A DNA stretch of 63,264 nt from Candidatus Uhrbacteria bacterium (GCA_016188475.1 JACPHT010000004.1:1-63264); one strand, 5' to 3'. Positions 46,203-57,264 are shown, counted from the stretch's first letter. Translations and numbers: made by a program. The notes: generated by a model not told the origin, from the sequence alone.

Positions 46203-46962
46203 AGCTAAAAAATCATTTGGGCAAAATTTTTTGGTGGATAAAACAGCTGTGCAAAAAATCATTCAAGCCGCTGAAATAAAAAAAGGCGAAACTGTTTTTG
46301 AAATTGGTCCAGGAACAGGAACACTAACTCAAGCGCTTGTTGATACTGGCGCGCGAGTGATCGCGATCGAAACTGACAAAGATTTGATCGCGCCTCTTCA
46401 AAAAAGATTCGGCAATCGTATCGAATTGATTCATGGCGATACCCTTTCCGACCTTTCGGTCCTTTCCGACCTTTCAGACCTGTCTTTCAAACTTGTCGCA
46501 AACATTCCTTACAACATCACCTCGCCAATTCTTGAGCGATTCCTCACAACATCTCCTCGTCCGTCGAGAATGATTCTTATGGTTCAAAAAGAAGTAGCGG
46601 ATCGAATAACTGCCAAACCGCCGAAAATGAGTTTGCTTTCGATTGTTTGTCAGATTTACGCGAAGTGTAAGCGTATTGCGATTGTGAAAGCCGGTGCTTT
46701 TCGCCCTATTCCAAAAGTTGATTCAGCGATTATTCGACTAGATCTTTATAAACAGAGTCATCCTGGATTGCATGACGTTGATCCCGAAACAATCATTGCG
46801 CTTGCAAAGCGTGGATTTTCTTCAAAACGCAAACAACTCAAGACAAATCTTGGCTTTGACTTTGAAGAAAAGTTAAAACAACTCGGCCTTGATCCAAAGA
46901 TAAGAGCAGAGGGATTGACTGTTGAAAACTGGATAAACTTATCCCTAATACTTTCCTGGTAA
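46192..46962 (+). CDS. rsmA: 16S rRNA (adenine1518/1519-N6)-dimethyltransferase
   Basis: MLPRAKKSFGQNFLVDKTAVQKII...VFEIGPGTGTLTQAL...VANIPYNITSPIL. It overlaps tsaC by 11 nt. It contains an in-frame 9-bp repeat tract encoding LSDLSVLSDLSDLS. Confidence 0.9.
   Translation: MLPRAKKSFGQNFLVDKTAVQKIIQAAEIKKGETVFEIGPGTGTLTQALVDTGARVIAIETDKDLIAPLQKRFGNRIELIHGDTLSDLSVLSDLSDLSFKLVANIPYNITSPILERFLTTSPRPSRMILMVQKEVADRITAKPPKMSLLSIVCQIYAKCKRIAIVKAGAFRPIPKVDSAIIRLDLYKQSHPGLHDVDPETIIALAKRGFSSKRKQLKTNLGFDFEEKLKQLGLDPKIRAEGLTVENWINLSLILSW
46441..46488. repeat. 9-bp repeat tract (complement orientation) inside the rsmA CDS
   Basis: The sequence accctttccgacctttcggtcctttccgacctttcagacctgtctttc is the reverse complement of the GAAAGGTCN family seen at 6809, 8039 and 42455. 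Confidence 0.9.
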
Positions 46963-46987
46963 TTTTGCTATAATAGGATTATCGATT

Positions 46988-47686
46988 ATGGGAATTAAAC
47001 GCGTTCGAACACGCGAACCTCGTCCTCTTTCGTCCGAGCAAAAGGTTGCTTTTGTGCTTTTGTTATTTTTGGGTCTTGGAGGAATCTTTTTTGGATTCCG
47101 TTCGTTTGGCGTGAATATCAAGCGTCCGTTTGATTTACAGATTGCGAAGTATTTGCAAGGCGAACGGTTTGTATCAACTTCACAGCGCGAACAAGAAGAA
47201 CTCGAGGCTTCTAAAACTCGCGATGTTGATGGAGACGGTTTGACTGATTATGACGAACTTCAAGTTTATAAAACAAGTCCGTACTTGGCTGACTCTGATT
47301 CAGACGGGTTTGACGACAAGATGGAAATTTTTTCAAACAACGATCCGAATTGTCCAAAAGATAAAATTTGTACCGGAATTTCTTCAGCTGAAATAGTAGA
47401 CGAAAGCAATCCTCTCGCAGGTCTTGAGGGAATTTTTGGAGATATGACATCTTTGTCAGACGCTGGCGAAATTAACTTTAAGTCAAAAGAAGATGTTGAA
47501 GCGTTTTTCAAAAAAGCAACTTTGGTTGAAATTCGCAAAGCGCTTCTTAAATCAGGAATGAAAAAGGAAGATCTTGATAAGTTAGATGATAAATCTCTTT
47601 CCGAGTTTTTTAATATGACAGTTGATGAAGCTTCAAAAAAAGGAACATTTGACGCGCTTGTATCGCCAACTGAAGTAACAGAGTAG
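46988..47686 (+). CDS. membrane-anchored protein with thrombospondin-type-3-like Ca-binding repeats
   Basis: It has one TM helix (VAFVLLLFLGLGGIFFGF) and two D-x-D-x-D-G-x-x-D-x-x-E loops (DVDGDGLTDYDE and DSDSDGFDDKME). Confidence 0.6.
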   Translation: MGIKRVRTREPRPLSSEQKVAFVLLLFLGLGGIFFGFRSFGVNIKRPFDLQIAKYLQGERFVSTSQREQEELEASKTRDVDGDGLTDYDELQVYKTSPYLADSDSDGFDDKMEIFSNNDPNCPKDKICTGISSAEIVDESNPLAGLEGIFGDMTSLSDAGEINFKSKEDVEAFFKKATLVEIRKALLKSGMKKEDLDKLDDKSLSEFFNMTVDEASKKGTFDALVSPTEVTE

Positions 47687-47696
47687 GTAACGTATT

Positions 47697-47760
47697 CCCT
47701 GAGCGGAGACAAGTTACGGCCTTCGACAGGCTCAGGCAGTAACTTGTCGGAGTCGAAGGG
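47697..47760. repeat. composite (nested) copy of the CCTGAGC..GTCGAAGG stem-loop family
   Basis: ccctgagcggagacaagttacggccttcgacaggctcaggcagtaacttgtcggagtcgaaggg. Confidence 0.8.
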
Positions 47761-47775
47761 TTAAGAAAAAAGAAT

Positions 47776-50700
47776 ATGAATCTTAATAAGCAAAAAACAA
47801 AACAATGGATTTCGGTCGGACTCGTATTTGTTTTTGCTTTCGGAATTGTAAGCTCGGTGATTTTTTCACGTACAAAAGTTGTTCAGGCTTATGATTTAGG
47901 AGTGGGCACTGAACTTCAAGGAGCAACAAGTATGTCTGCTTGTGGCGCATCTCCTATTTCTCCTCCATGTATTGGTGAATCAGTCAAGGAAAGCATGAAA
48001 ATTTTAAATGAAAAAGTTGCTACTCCAGCTTGGAAAATTGCGTTGGTGCAGGGATTGTTGGATATAGGAAAATTTGTCACCAATCGTCTGGCATACGAAT
48101 CAGCATTGATTATCGCAAACGGCGGGATTGGACAAGGATCGATGTTTTATAAAAAAGGTATTGGCGAAGGATTTGCGGATTTTGGAAAAGAAGTCGCTGG
48201 AGAAGCAGTCGCTGAATTGAGTGAGGGTCTTGAAAGCGGATTAGGACTAAAACTCGGAGCGTGTCTTCCGCCACCGGATTTCACACTTGCTCTTCAGCTT
48301 GGAATCGCTCAAAGATATAAACCGCAAAAGCCTCGTTGTGACATTGATGAGGTTCTGAACAACTGGGAGAACTTTGCCAGTGAGATTCAATCTGCAATGG
48401 ATCCTGATCAAGCTAATAAAGCGATTCTGTCAAAATTTGCAGAATCACTTCAGCCAGGTCGAAATGAATTAAGCGCGGCAGTCAAAATAAATTATGAGGT
48501 TGCAAGACAGGTGGATGAGAAAAAAAATGCCAGTATTTTAGAACAACTAAGATCAAATGCGCTAAAACCAGTTAAAGATCCTACAACAGGACAAACCACG
48601 ACACCTTCGACTTTTGTTGAAGATGATTTTATTACAAAACTTAGAAAACTCGCTACAGGAGAAGACATCCAATTAAAAGCCTCTGATATTCTTGCCGCAG
48701 ATGATCCAAGCGGGGCGGCGATTAGCGGGCTTGCAATGACTGCGGCTTCGACTTTCACAAACACTCTTCTTTCTGAACTTTTCAATAAGATTTACAAAGG
48801 ACTTTTTGCTGTTACCGCAGAATCATCAGATCCGTTCAATCTAGAAGCGCTTCCGGACGATGAAGAATCCCAGCGCGATCGTCTTTCAGGAATTTTTGCG
48901 ACTCTCCCATTTGCGACAACAGACTACAACGCTCTTTCCGAGTTCATCATCTGTCCTCCGGAGGGAATTGCCAATCGCAGTGTAAACAACTGTGTGATGA
49001 ATGCGAATTTAATGGCCGCTATTTCAAGAGGAAATACAGGAGTACCTCTGACTGTTCAAGAAGCGATTGATGAAGGTTTACTCGATGGAAGTTGGAAGTT
49101 GATTTCTTCTCGCAAATTGGATGTGAATCAGGACCCGCTTTGTTATACATACAGTTTTTGTTACGCGAACCTTGTAAAAATGCGAAAAGCTCGAATCCTT
49201 CCGATCGGTTGGGAACTGGCGGCACAGGCTAACAATGACACAAATCCGAAATCTCTTAAGGAAATTGTCAGTGAGTTTAATAATTGCAGTCCAAATGGAA
49301 CGATTGATGCGGCTCATCCATTTTGTCATTTGATTGATCCTGATTGGGTTCTTAAATATCCAGACTCGCAATGTCGCGCGACAGTGAACGGCGAAATTCG
49401 TCTGACAATGTTAAGCCCTGGCAGACAGAGCGTTTGCGCTGATGCGCCAAGTTGTTTGGGAGAAGATGGAAATGGAAAATGCACAAATGGATACGGATAT
49501 TGTGTCAGCGAGAAAAACGTTTGGAGATTCAAAGGCGACGCGTGCGCTGAAGAGTATGCCGGTTGTTTATCAATGACAAATACCACAACAAAGAAACAAA
49601 ACGCGGTTATCATAAATACGGTTGATTACAGCGTGTGCGGAAAAGAAAACGCCGGTTGTCAGTGGTATCGCACAAATCGTTATTTAGATAACAAAGGAAC
49701 GAATACAAAACCAGAAGATGACACTTTTGAGTGGTTGGTTTCAAATGAATCGTTTGATACGGCAAAACATGAATCGGATTGGCGTTATCAGAATTCAAAC
49801 GGAGTGATGACTGATCCGACGCAATATACTCCTCAGAATGGAAGTTCCTATTCTGTTTTTTCGTACGAAGATCGTCAGTATTTCACTCACGCGGCAAAAG
49901 AATGTTCAAATAACGACGCCGGATGTTCTGAATTGTTTTCTTCAAATAGTTCAACTTTGAACATGAATCGGAATCCGAGTTTTGAAACAGATGAAAACAG
50001 CGATGGAGTTCCAGATCATTGGACGCTTCAAAATATCGCGGCAAATGATTTGGTGATTGAAAAAACCAAGCCGGCGGCGCGCGGAACATCATCAATAAAA
50101 CTTTTGCAAGGAAACGGAAAAGGCGTGAGCCAGTTGCTTTCTGTTTCGCCAAATCAGTTTTACACTTTGAGTTATTATGCTGTTTCAGAAACATCAAACC
50201 CGCAAAGCGCTGATGTTCGTCTTACATTTTTGGATAAAAACAGCAGTCCTGTAAGTTTGTCAGGTTTGTCGTTTGTTGGTTGTACAGCGATTGGAAACGA
50301 ATTGGTTGCCGTAAAAAACGTTGAAACAGAATGGATTCGGCAATCGTGCACATTTGGCGCTCCAAAAAATGCTTCTCAAATGAAAGTTTTGCTTGATTCA
50401 ACAAATATTCGCTATGACGCGATTCAGATTGAACCAAAAGAAACAGCAAGCACATTTGCTGAAGGTTTGAAGACCGACGGACAAGCGCAATACATAAAAA
50501 CAGCTCCGAATTATCTTGGTTGCGAAGGAAAAGCAACTGATCCTGCCGCGTGCAAAGCTTACGCGCAGGTTTGTGCTTCCCAAGACGTCGGATGCAATTT
50601 ATACAATCCAGACGACGGAGATCCGGCTGTTTCGGCGATTACAAGTTCTTTGGACATCTGTCCAAACGAGTGTGTTGGATATGACGCTTTCAAACAAGAA

Positions 50701-53700
50701 TCGACACTTTACGATGATGAAGATTTTCCAGTGCATTTCATTCCTTCAAAAGCTGTGACGTGTTCAGCGCAATATGTTGGATGCGATAGTTTTACGAATT
50801 TGAATATCGTTGGAGAGGGCGGAGAGGGAATTGAGTATTACACAACACTTCGAGCTTGCGCGACTCCGAAAATGACTGACGGATCATCAAACAAAGAATC
50901 CTCGACGTTTTTCACGTGGGAGGGATCAGACAATGCCGGTTATCAATTACGCTCATGGGTTTTGCTTGAATCAAATGAGAATGATGCTCCATGCACAAAA
51001 TGGAAAGTCAACGCGAAAGATCAGATGATTTGTGAAGAAGACGCAGCATATTTAACAACTGTTGCGGCAGATAAATCTTGTGATGACCACTCGGATATTT
51101 TCTCAAATCCAGATTGTCGAGAATTTTTTGACGCGTCAGGTATTGTTCATTATCGAAAGTTTTCAAAAACAGTAACAATAAGCGAAGAGTGCGCGCCATA
51201 TCGAAAAGATGTTTCGACAAAGTCTGATTGTGATACGTCTGGTGGATTTTGGGATCAGCAAGTTGGTTTCTGCCGGTACTTTGGTTTGACTTCCGAGAGC
51301 AATAGTTGTCCTTCTGCGCAAAACGGCTGTCGTTCATATACTGGAGGTGCAGGACGAAACGCGGTCACGCTTCTCAATGAAACATTTGAATCAGGATCGT
51401 ACGCGGGATTTGAGAAATTCGGTTCAGCCAATACTGATATAAAAATCAGCAACGAATCCATTGCAACAGACGGACATTCTTTGCGCGTGTCTGCTCCGGC
51501 TGGCACAAAAGGCGGATTTGCCACAACACAAGCTTATCTTGATGTAAATCAAATAAGTACAAAGTATGATCCAAACAATTCCGTGCAAACGTGTTCTAAG
51601 TTAGGTCATACTGTCACTCCTGCCGGCTGTGAAATCGCGCCTGATTGTGTTGTGTATTCCGGCGCGAACAGTTGCGGTCCTCTTGTGAACAAACTTGTTT
51701 CAGGGAAAACATTTGTTGTTCAATTCTGGGCAAAAGGCAATGGAAATTTACAAGCGTCAATTGTTGAATACGGAGGACAACAGAATTCCGTTTCTCATGA
51801 TTTTGGCGGCTCAATCGCTTTAACAGGAAATTGGAAAGTTTACTCGCTTGGCCCGTTCGATTCGAGTCAATACTCTGGAATTGAAAAAAATTCTATTCTT
51901 GCTTTTCAAACTGACACTGGAAAAGAATTTTTTATTGATAATTTGATTCTCAAACAAGTTGAAGAAAATATCACGATCGTGAAAGATTCTTGGGTTGTTC
52001 CGTCAACTTGCGACACTTCGCCTAACGGAGCTGTCACTCCGCAGTATTATCTTGGATGCGAGGCATATTCAGACAAAGACGGCAAAGCAAGTAATTTATA
52101 TCAATTCTCAAATTTGTGTTCAGAGGCAGTGGTCGGTTGCGAAGCGTTTAACAAAACATTTGAATCAGACTCAGCTTACAGTCAAGTGTTTAATGCAAGA
52201 TGTGTGCAAGGCACTGCAGGAGATTTGGCAAAACCGTCTTTTGTGAATCTAAACACTGCTTGTGTTGTTGACGGAAAAACATATTGCACAATTTCAACCG
52301 GCCGTTCGTATTGTACTTTCGATTATGATGGTACGTTTGAAAATAAACTGCCGAAAGAAGGAGACTTTGGAATTGTGTTTGGACCAGAAACCGTTTTATC
52401 TCCAGCTGACAGCGCAGTTTACATTGTTGACAATGGAAAAGCGGATTGCGACGCGAAAGTCGCGGGATGTCGAGAAGTCGGCGCTCCAAAATACAGTCAA
52501 GACTTGAAAAAAGTTGAAGGATTTGACAGTGCGTATTTTATAAACGATCCGGAACAGTACGGAGAAATTTTGTGCGACAATGAAGCGTTGTTCTGTGATG
52601 AATTTGCTTCAACCAAAGACGGAAATTTTTATTTCAAAGATCCGATTAAGAAAACTTGTGAATATCGAGCCGGAGTTGAAATTGAAAAACAGAAATTTTC
52701 AGGTTGGTTTAGAAGCGGCACAAGCGAGCCGTGTTATTGGAAAGACATTAACGGAACGGACGGATTCCAGCCAAAAGCAGATAATGCTTATATTATCGCT
52801 GGAGATCAAGCCGCGATTTGGCAAAACGGAGACAGCGCGTATGACGGTTGGGTTGGAAGCTGTCCTTCCAGCGCTGATTTGTGCACTGAATTTGCGGATG
52901 TTACAGATAATGAAAAACCATATCTTTTCCTCAATAACGACAAGTTGGACGAAGCCGCCACTGCTGATCCAGACGTTTGCAAAGGAAGAGTTAGTCAAAA
53001 ACTTGGTTGCGCTGTGTTCAACAATCGAAGCAAATCAGAGCTCAATTACAACGCGAGCGCTTCGTATGTTGTTTCAATTCACGCTGATGAATTGTTGAAT
53101 CAATCGCCAAACGCGCTTGTTGATCCTGTTAGTTGTACTATAACTGGAGGAGGAGAGTTTACACTTTCAGACGCAAGCAAAGTTGATCTTTGTCAGAGAA
53201 GGTGTGAATACAATCCAGCGCAAGGCGATTCGATTGAAACAAGCTTGAGCCAGGTTTCAGATGCCGCCACCAATACTTATGTTGAGCGTTCGTGTTTCAA
53301 AGTTGACGATTGTCCAATACTTGAAACAAAAAATGGAAAAGATATTAAAGCGACTAACTGCGCTGATGTTCCGAATTTCAAATTGGAAAACGATTCAAAC
53401 ACAGTTCTTCGGGTTGTGCGCGATCGCAGTTGTTCGTCGTGGCTCGCGTGCGATTCAGCGCGAACAAGTTGGAACGAGAGAAATAATAAATATGAACAGA
53501 TTTGCGATTCGATAAATTTGTGCACTGAAGGTGGTGCGCTTGGGGATCAGTCAACTTGCACAAAGTGGTCGCCTCGGGATCCGAAAATTTTAACAGCGTA
53601 TCAATATTCCAAACGCGACACGACATGGAGCGGTTCGGATTTATCAGGTTACGCGATTCCAAACAAATTGCCTGTTGAGCTTTATAATCAATTTAATATC

Positions 53701-56700
53701 AACCCGACAAAGGCTTGTGAGAAAAATGGAACACCTCAATTAAACAACGGTTTTCCAAAGGAATGCGATGCTGATAAAGATTGCGCGTCAGGATACTCTT
53801 GTAAAGAAGCTGAACCATCATATCGCTTGGTGAATGACGCTGGGCCGTGTAAAGCATCGGACGTACTTGGAAGCGAATGTAAAGTTGGTTTTTGTGAAAC
53901 CGGAGGCGAAGCGTGCGGAACAAAAGCCGATTGTGCCGGAGCGTCAAATAATTGTGTTATTGGATCGTGTCAGGAAACAGTAAAACCAGCGGACGCAAAA
54001 ACAAACTGCGTAAATGGAGATTGTTCATGCGCAACTAGCGCGGATTGTAAAACAGTTGGTACAGTAAAATATGTTTGTGACGCTGTTACTAGTGTTTGTG
54101 TTGATAAACAGCTTGGTGAGCAAAATTGTTATGCTGGCGCAACAAACGGATGTACTGCACAACAAACTTGCGTTCCAAACGCGACAACTGCAATTGGTTC
54201 GTGTATTGGCGGCAGATGTCTTACTTCGATTATTGATTCTGACAACAATGGTCAAGCTGACAAGTTAAAACCTGAAAATTATGTTAGCCAGTCGTGCCGC
54301 GGATATCCGGAGGTTGATTCTCCTTACTCACCGAACGTTGTTGAACAATGGGCAACGGCGAATGTTGAAGCTGACGGGAAAACAAAGGCGGCAGGATTCA
54401 CACCAACTTTAGAAGCAGACACACAAACTTGGTCTCGTCCTTACACATTCAAAACCGGTTATCAAGATTCCCAAATTTGCGCTCCACAAGGAAATGGAAA
54501 ATTTTCAAACTGTAATTGCAGTTACGACAAAGTTGAATACGCTGATGGAACAATTAACCGTTTTGAAGAAGTTGGTTCTTCCGCGACTCTTCCAACCGGC
54601 TTTTGTTCAGGCGGAGAGTTTGACGGACACATTTGTCAATCAAACGACGATTGCGCTGATAAAACAGAAAACCCATTAAGTTCCGGAACTTGTTTGAAAC
54701 AAACCCGCCGCGACACATTGTTTGGCTGGGACGGATATTGCATTGAGAAAGATTCGTCAATCCAGCTTTTCGCGAGCACTGATCCAAAAGATCAGGCGTG
54801 TTTAACATGGCTTCCTGTTGATCAACTCTCTGGCGCAACTGATTTGTACGCGAAATATTTAAGCGCCGGTTTTGAACCTGAAGATGCGTATTTTTGCGGA
54901 GAAATTAATGTTGCGTACGATTTTAATACAAACGGATATCACTGCGCTGAAACAGATGGCGGAAACTGTGATGATGAAGCTTCAACTGATGCTTTTCAAG
55001 ATGATGATCCTGATGAAGACACTTATTGTGCTACAGGCTCATTTGCGGTTATGGCTCCTTGCGGTGATCCATCGCCGGATGATAAGTGCACAGAAAGTTG
55101 GGGAGATGACGACTATCCATATTTCTGCGTTCCAGAATTGTCTTATAAAACAGAAGATGACGCCGATGGGGTCGAAGGCATGACTAAAAAGGGAGACAGG
55201 TGTGTTGTGCCAAAAACAGATGATGTTATTTATTCTGGATCAGAAGATGAAAACGGAAATACGATTTATTTTATGACTGCTGGAAATTGGAAATCATACA
55301 AAAAGTCTTATAGTGATTGCATGGTGCGAGGAGTGTTTAAATTATCTGATACGTATAATGGCTATTTTAGCGGAAGTAAATCCGGGATTTCATTGCAACC
55401 ATACGCGGCTTGCGAGACAATTTTGAAAGTCGGAACTCAAATTCCTGATGACAAAGGAAACTACAATGCGGCTTGGACAGATCGAGTTTGGAAGAGTAAA
55501 CAACCCCAATATTTTATTCAAGATAATTATGCGATAACAATCGGGGACAAAAAACTCAACGCGTTTGGCTATAAAGCAAGCACTGTTCCGGAAATTTTTG
55601 GACAAGCTTTTGGAATTACAAAGAAGCTTGATAAAGAAACAGTGCCTGATCCTTATCCTCATCGCGTGTACATGTGTCAAAATGGCGACAATCAAAAACT
55701 CGCGACAACTGATGGAGCTGGAGTATGCGATGCAGATTACGAAATTAAATCAGGAATCGGCGAAGCTCGACCGTATTACGGAATTGAAGTGTTATCTCCA
55801 TTAACTCTTGACAAAACATTATGCAAAAATGAAGGTTGTTCTTGTGCGGAAAATAAAGATTGCAATTTTGATTTAAAAATACAAGCGTCTGCTTCGTGTG
55901 GAAATATGGTTTGCACAGGTGGAGAATTTGATGGTAAAAAGTGCGATGAGAATCTTGGGAAACAGTATACTGATACTACAAAATTAGCGAAATGCGATGA
56001 TTTGCCTAATCAAACCAATGAAGAAAAGGAAACTAAAAAGAATTGCTATGCCGGATATTCTGATGAAGTGTGCGAAAGCAGTGGAGGATCGTGTGGCGGA
56101 CAATGTGTTGGAGGAGCAAAAAATGGAGTCTCATGCAATAAAACTTCAAATTGTGAAACACAGACGTGTGATGAGTTTTTTGTGAATACAAAGACAGGAC
56201 TCAAGAGTGTAACTCAATGCGTTTCAGATGAGAGTCTTCAAATTTCAATTCTTGAAAATCCTCCTGTATCAGATTTGGTCGTATCTCGACTGAAACAACT
56301 ATTCGCGTATTCATACGATTTGTTGAGATTTGAAAATGATGGTGTTTATACTGATGAAAATACAAATGATTTATTGGAAAATCACGATGATTTAGAAGCT
56401 AAGTCAAATACTGCTGAAGAAGTGTTTAAACAAGAACAGGGAGCAAATAAAGATTCTTGGATGTGGGATGAGCGCGCAAAAAATGGAGAGCCGCCTACGG
56501 TTGTTTCGCTTGGCGCGTGCGTTGGCGCCAAGTGTAAGGAAGGAACGGAAGGCGCGTTTACAGTCAACGACCAAGACGAAGGGGATATTTTGGCAAAAGG
56601 TTCAAAGCGCGCGAACGTGAGTTTCTTCACTTACGCTAACACAAACCAAATGCCGATTAGAAACATTGTTGTTGACTGGGGAGATGGAGAAGACATTACG

Positions 56701-57237
56701 GCTGGCGGAATGCCATGGCCGACAGATTCGCAAAGCGGTTCAAACGCGAGCGATAACTTCTACAAAAATCATAGAGGATTAAGTACGTCTGGAAATGAGA
56801 TCTGTCGAAGCGATGCTGATACGTTTGGTGAATCGCCTGAAGCGTGTTCAAGCGGATACGTTGTGTTCAGCCATGATTACGCGTGCAGTCAAGCTGATGT
56901 GAACAAGCTTTCCGACCGGGAGTGCGAGTTTGCCAATGACGGACGTTTGATTAACTCTCCGTGTTTGAGTTCAACAAAAGAAGGAAAAGCCGCGTGTGTT
57001 TTCCAGCCGCGTGTTCACGTCAAAGACAACTGGGGCTGGTGCACAGGATTCTGTGATGCTGGGTCAGATGGAAAAGAGGGGTGCTATGCTGGAGAAGACG
57101 TTGCTAATGATGAATGTCAGATAAACGTTTGTCCTAGTGAAGGGAAACTCGGTGACTGCCCTGATTCTTTAAATAATAAGTTTACAGATAACCCTTGGGT
57201 CAACTACGACGGAACAATAATCGTGGAAGTGGAATAA
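47776..57237 (+). CDS. giant (3,153-aa) cysteine-rich secreted/surface protein with an N-terminal TM anchor and two CBM4/9-like jelly-roll modules
   Basis: It is a single uninterrupted ORF. The N-terminus is KQWISVGLVFVFAFGIVSSVIF. Cys-rich segments occur throughout (for example CVNGDCSCATSADCKTVGTVKYVCDAVTSVCVD...). Two segments start with N-x-[ST]-F-E and end with a beta-strand such as IDNLILKQVE (about nt 49960-50440 and 51370-51965), which resemble carbohydrate-binding modules. Confidence 0.85.
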   Translation: MNLNKQKTKQWISVGLVFVFAFGIVSSVIFSRTKVVQAYDLGVGTELQGATSMSACGASPISPPCIGESVKESMKILNEKVATPAWKIALVQGLLDIGKFVTNRLAYESALIIANGGIGQGSMFYKKGIGEGFADFGKEVAGEAVAELSEGLESGLGLKLGACLPPPDFTLALQLGIAQRYKPQKPRCDIDEVLNNWENFASEIQSAMDPDQANKAILSKFAESLQPGRNELSAAVKINYEVARQVDEKKNASILEQLRSNALKPVKDPTTGQTTTPSTFVEDDFITKLRKLATGEDIQLKASDILAADDPSGAAISGLAMTAASTFTNTLLSELFNKIYKGLFAVTAESSDPFNLEALPDDEESQRDRLSGIFATLPFATTDYNALSEFIICPPEGIANRSVNNCVMNANLMAAISRGNTGVPLTVQEAIDEGLLDGSWKLISSRKLDVNQDPLCYTYSFCYANLVKMRKARILPIGWELAAQANNDTNPKSLKEIVSEFNNCSPNGTIDAAHPFCHLIDPDWVLKYPDSQCRATVNGEIRLTMLSPGRQSVCADAPSCLGEDGNGKCTNGYGYCVSEKNVWRFKGDACAEEYAGCLSMTNTTTKKQNAVIINTVDYSVCGKENAGCQWYRTNRYLDNKGTNTKPEDDTFEWLVSNESFDTAKHESDWRYQNSNGVMTDPTQYTPQNGSSYSVFSYEDRQYFTHAAKECSNNDAGCSELFSSNSSTLNMNRNPSFETDENSDGVPDHWTLQNIAANDLVIEKTKPAARGTSSIKLLQGNGKGVSQLLSVSPNQFYTLSYYAVSETSNPQSADVRLTFLDKNSSPVSLSGLSFVGCTAIGNELVAVKNVETEWIRQSCTFGAPKNASQMKVLLDSTNIRYDAIQIEPKETASTFAEGLKTDGQAQYIKTAPNYLGCEGKATDPAACKAYAQVCASQDVGCNLYNPDDGDPAVSAITSSLDICPNECVGYDAFKQESTLYDDEDFPVHFIPSKAVTCSAQYVGCDSFTNLNIVGEGGEGIEYYTTLRACATPKMTDGSSNKESSTFFTWEGSDNAGYQLRSWVLLESNENDAPCTKWKVNAKDQMICEEDAAYLTTVAADKSCDDHSDIFSNPDCREFFDASGIVHYRKFSKTVTISEECAPYRKDVSTKSDCDTSGGFWDQQVGFCRYFGLTSESNSCPSAQNGCRSYTGGAGRNAVTLLNETFESGSYAGFEKFGSANTDIKISNESIATDGHSLRVSAPAGTKGGFATTQAYLDVNQISTKYDPNNSVQTCSKLGHTVTPAGCEIAPDCVVYSGANSCGPLVNKLVSGKTFVVQFWAKGNGNLQASIVEYGGQQNSVSHDFGGSIALTGNWKVYSLGPFDSSQYSGIEKNSILAFQTDTGKEFFIDNLILKQVEENITIVKDSWVVPSTCDTSPNGAVTPQYYLGCEAYSDKDGKASNLYQFSNLCSEAVVGCEAFNKTFESDSAYSQVFNARCVQGTAGDLAKPSFVNLNTACVVDGKTYCTISTGRSYCTFDYDGTFENKLPKEGDFGIVFGPETVLSPADSAVYIVDNGKADCDAKVAGCREVGAPKYSQDLKKVEGFDSAYFINDPEQYGEILCDNEALFCDEFASTKDGNFYFKDPIKKTCEYRAGVEIEKQKFSGWFRSGTSEPCYWKDINGTDGFQPKADNAYIIAGDQAAIWQNGDSAYDGWVGSCPSSADLCTEFADVTDNEKPYLFLNNDKLDEAATADPDVCKGRVSQKLGCAVFNNRSKSELNYNASASYVVSIHADELLNQSPNALVDPVSCTITGGGEFTLSDASKVDLCQRRCEYNPAQGDSIETSLSQVSDAATNTYVERSCFKVDDCPILETKNGKDIKATNCADVPNFKLENDSNTVLRVVRDRSCSSWLACDSARTSWNERNNKYEQICDSINLCTEGGALGDQSTCTKWSPRDPKILTAYQYSKRDTTWSGSDLSGYAIPNKLPVELYNQFNINPTKACEKNGTPQLNNGFPKECDADKDCASGYSCKEAEPSYRLVNDAGPCKASDVLGSECKVGFCETGGEACGTKADCAGASNNCVIGSCQETVKPADAKTNCVNGDCSCATSADCKTVGTVKYVCDAVTSVCVDKQLGEQNCYAGATNGCTAQQTCVPNATTAIGSCIGGRCLTSIIDSDNNGQADKLKPENYVSQSCRGYPEVDSPYSPNVVEQWATANVEADGKTKAAGFTPTLEADTQTWSRPYTFKTGYQDSQICAPQGNGKFSNCNCSYDKVEYADGTINRFEEVGSSATLPTGFCSGGEFDGHICQSNDDCADKTENPLSSGTCLKQTRRDTLFGWDGYCIEKDSSIQLFASTDPKDQACLTWLPVDQLSGATDLYAKYLSAGFEPEDAYFCGEINVAYDFNTNGYHCAETDGGNCDDEASTDAFQDDDPDEDTYCATGSFAVMAPCGDPSPDDKCTESWGDDDYPYFCVPELSYKTEDDADGVEGMTKKGDRCVVPKTDDVIYSGSEDENGNTIYFMTAGNWKSYKKSYSDCMVRGVFKLSDTYNGYFSGSKSGISLQPYAACETILKVGTQIPDDKGNYNAAWTDRVWKSKQPQYFIQDNYAITIGDKKLNAFGYKASTVPEIFGQAFGITKKLDKETVPDPYPHRVYMCQNGDNQKLATTDGAGVCDADYEIKSGIGEARPYYGIEVLSPLTLDKTLCKNEGCSCAENKDCNFDLKIQASASCGNMVCTGGEFDGKKCDENLGKQYTDTTKLAKCDDLPNQTNEEKETKKNCYAGYSDEVCESSGGSCGGQCVGGAKNGVSCNKTSNCETQTCDEFFVNTKTGLKSVTQCVSDESLQISILENPPVSDLVVSRLKQLFAYSYDLLRFENDGVYTDENTNDLLENHDDLEAKSNTAEEVFKQEQGANKDSWMWDERAKNGEPPTVVSLGACVGAKCKEGTEGAFTVNDQDEGDILAKGSKRANVSFFTYANTNQMPIRNIVVDWGDGEDITAGGMPWPTDSQSGSNASDNFYKNHRGLSTSGNEICRSDADTFGESPEACSSGYVVFSHDYACSQADVNKLSDRECEFANDGRLINSPCLSSTKEGKAACVFQPRVHVKDNWGWCTGFCDAGSDGKEGCYAGEDVANDECQINVCPSEGKLGDCPDSLNNKFTDNPWVNYDGTIIVEVE

Positions 57238-57264
57238 AAAAAGGAGAAAATCACAAGAAAGGTG

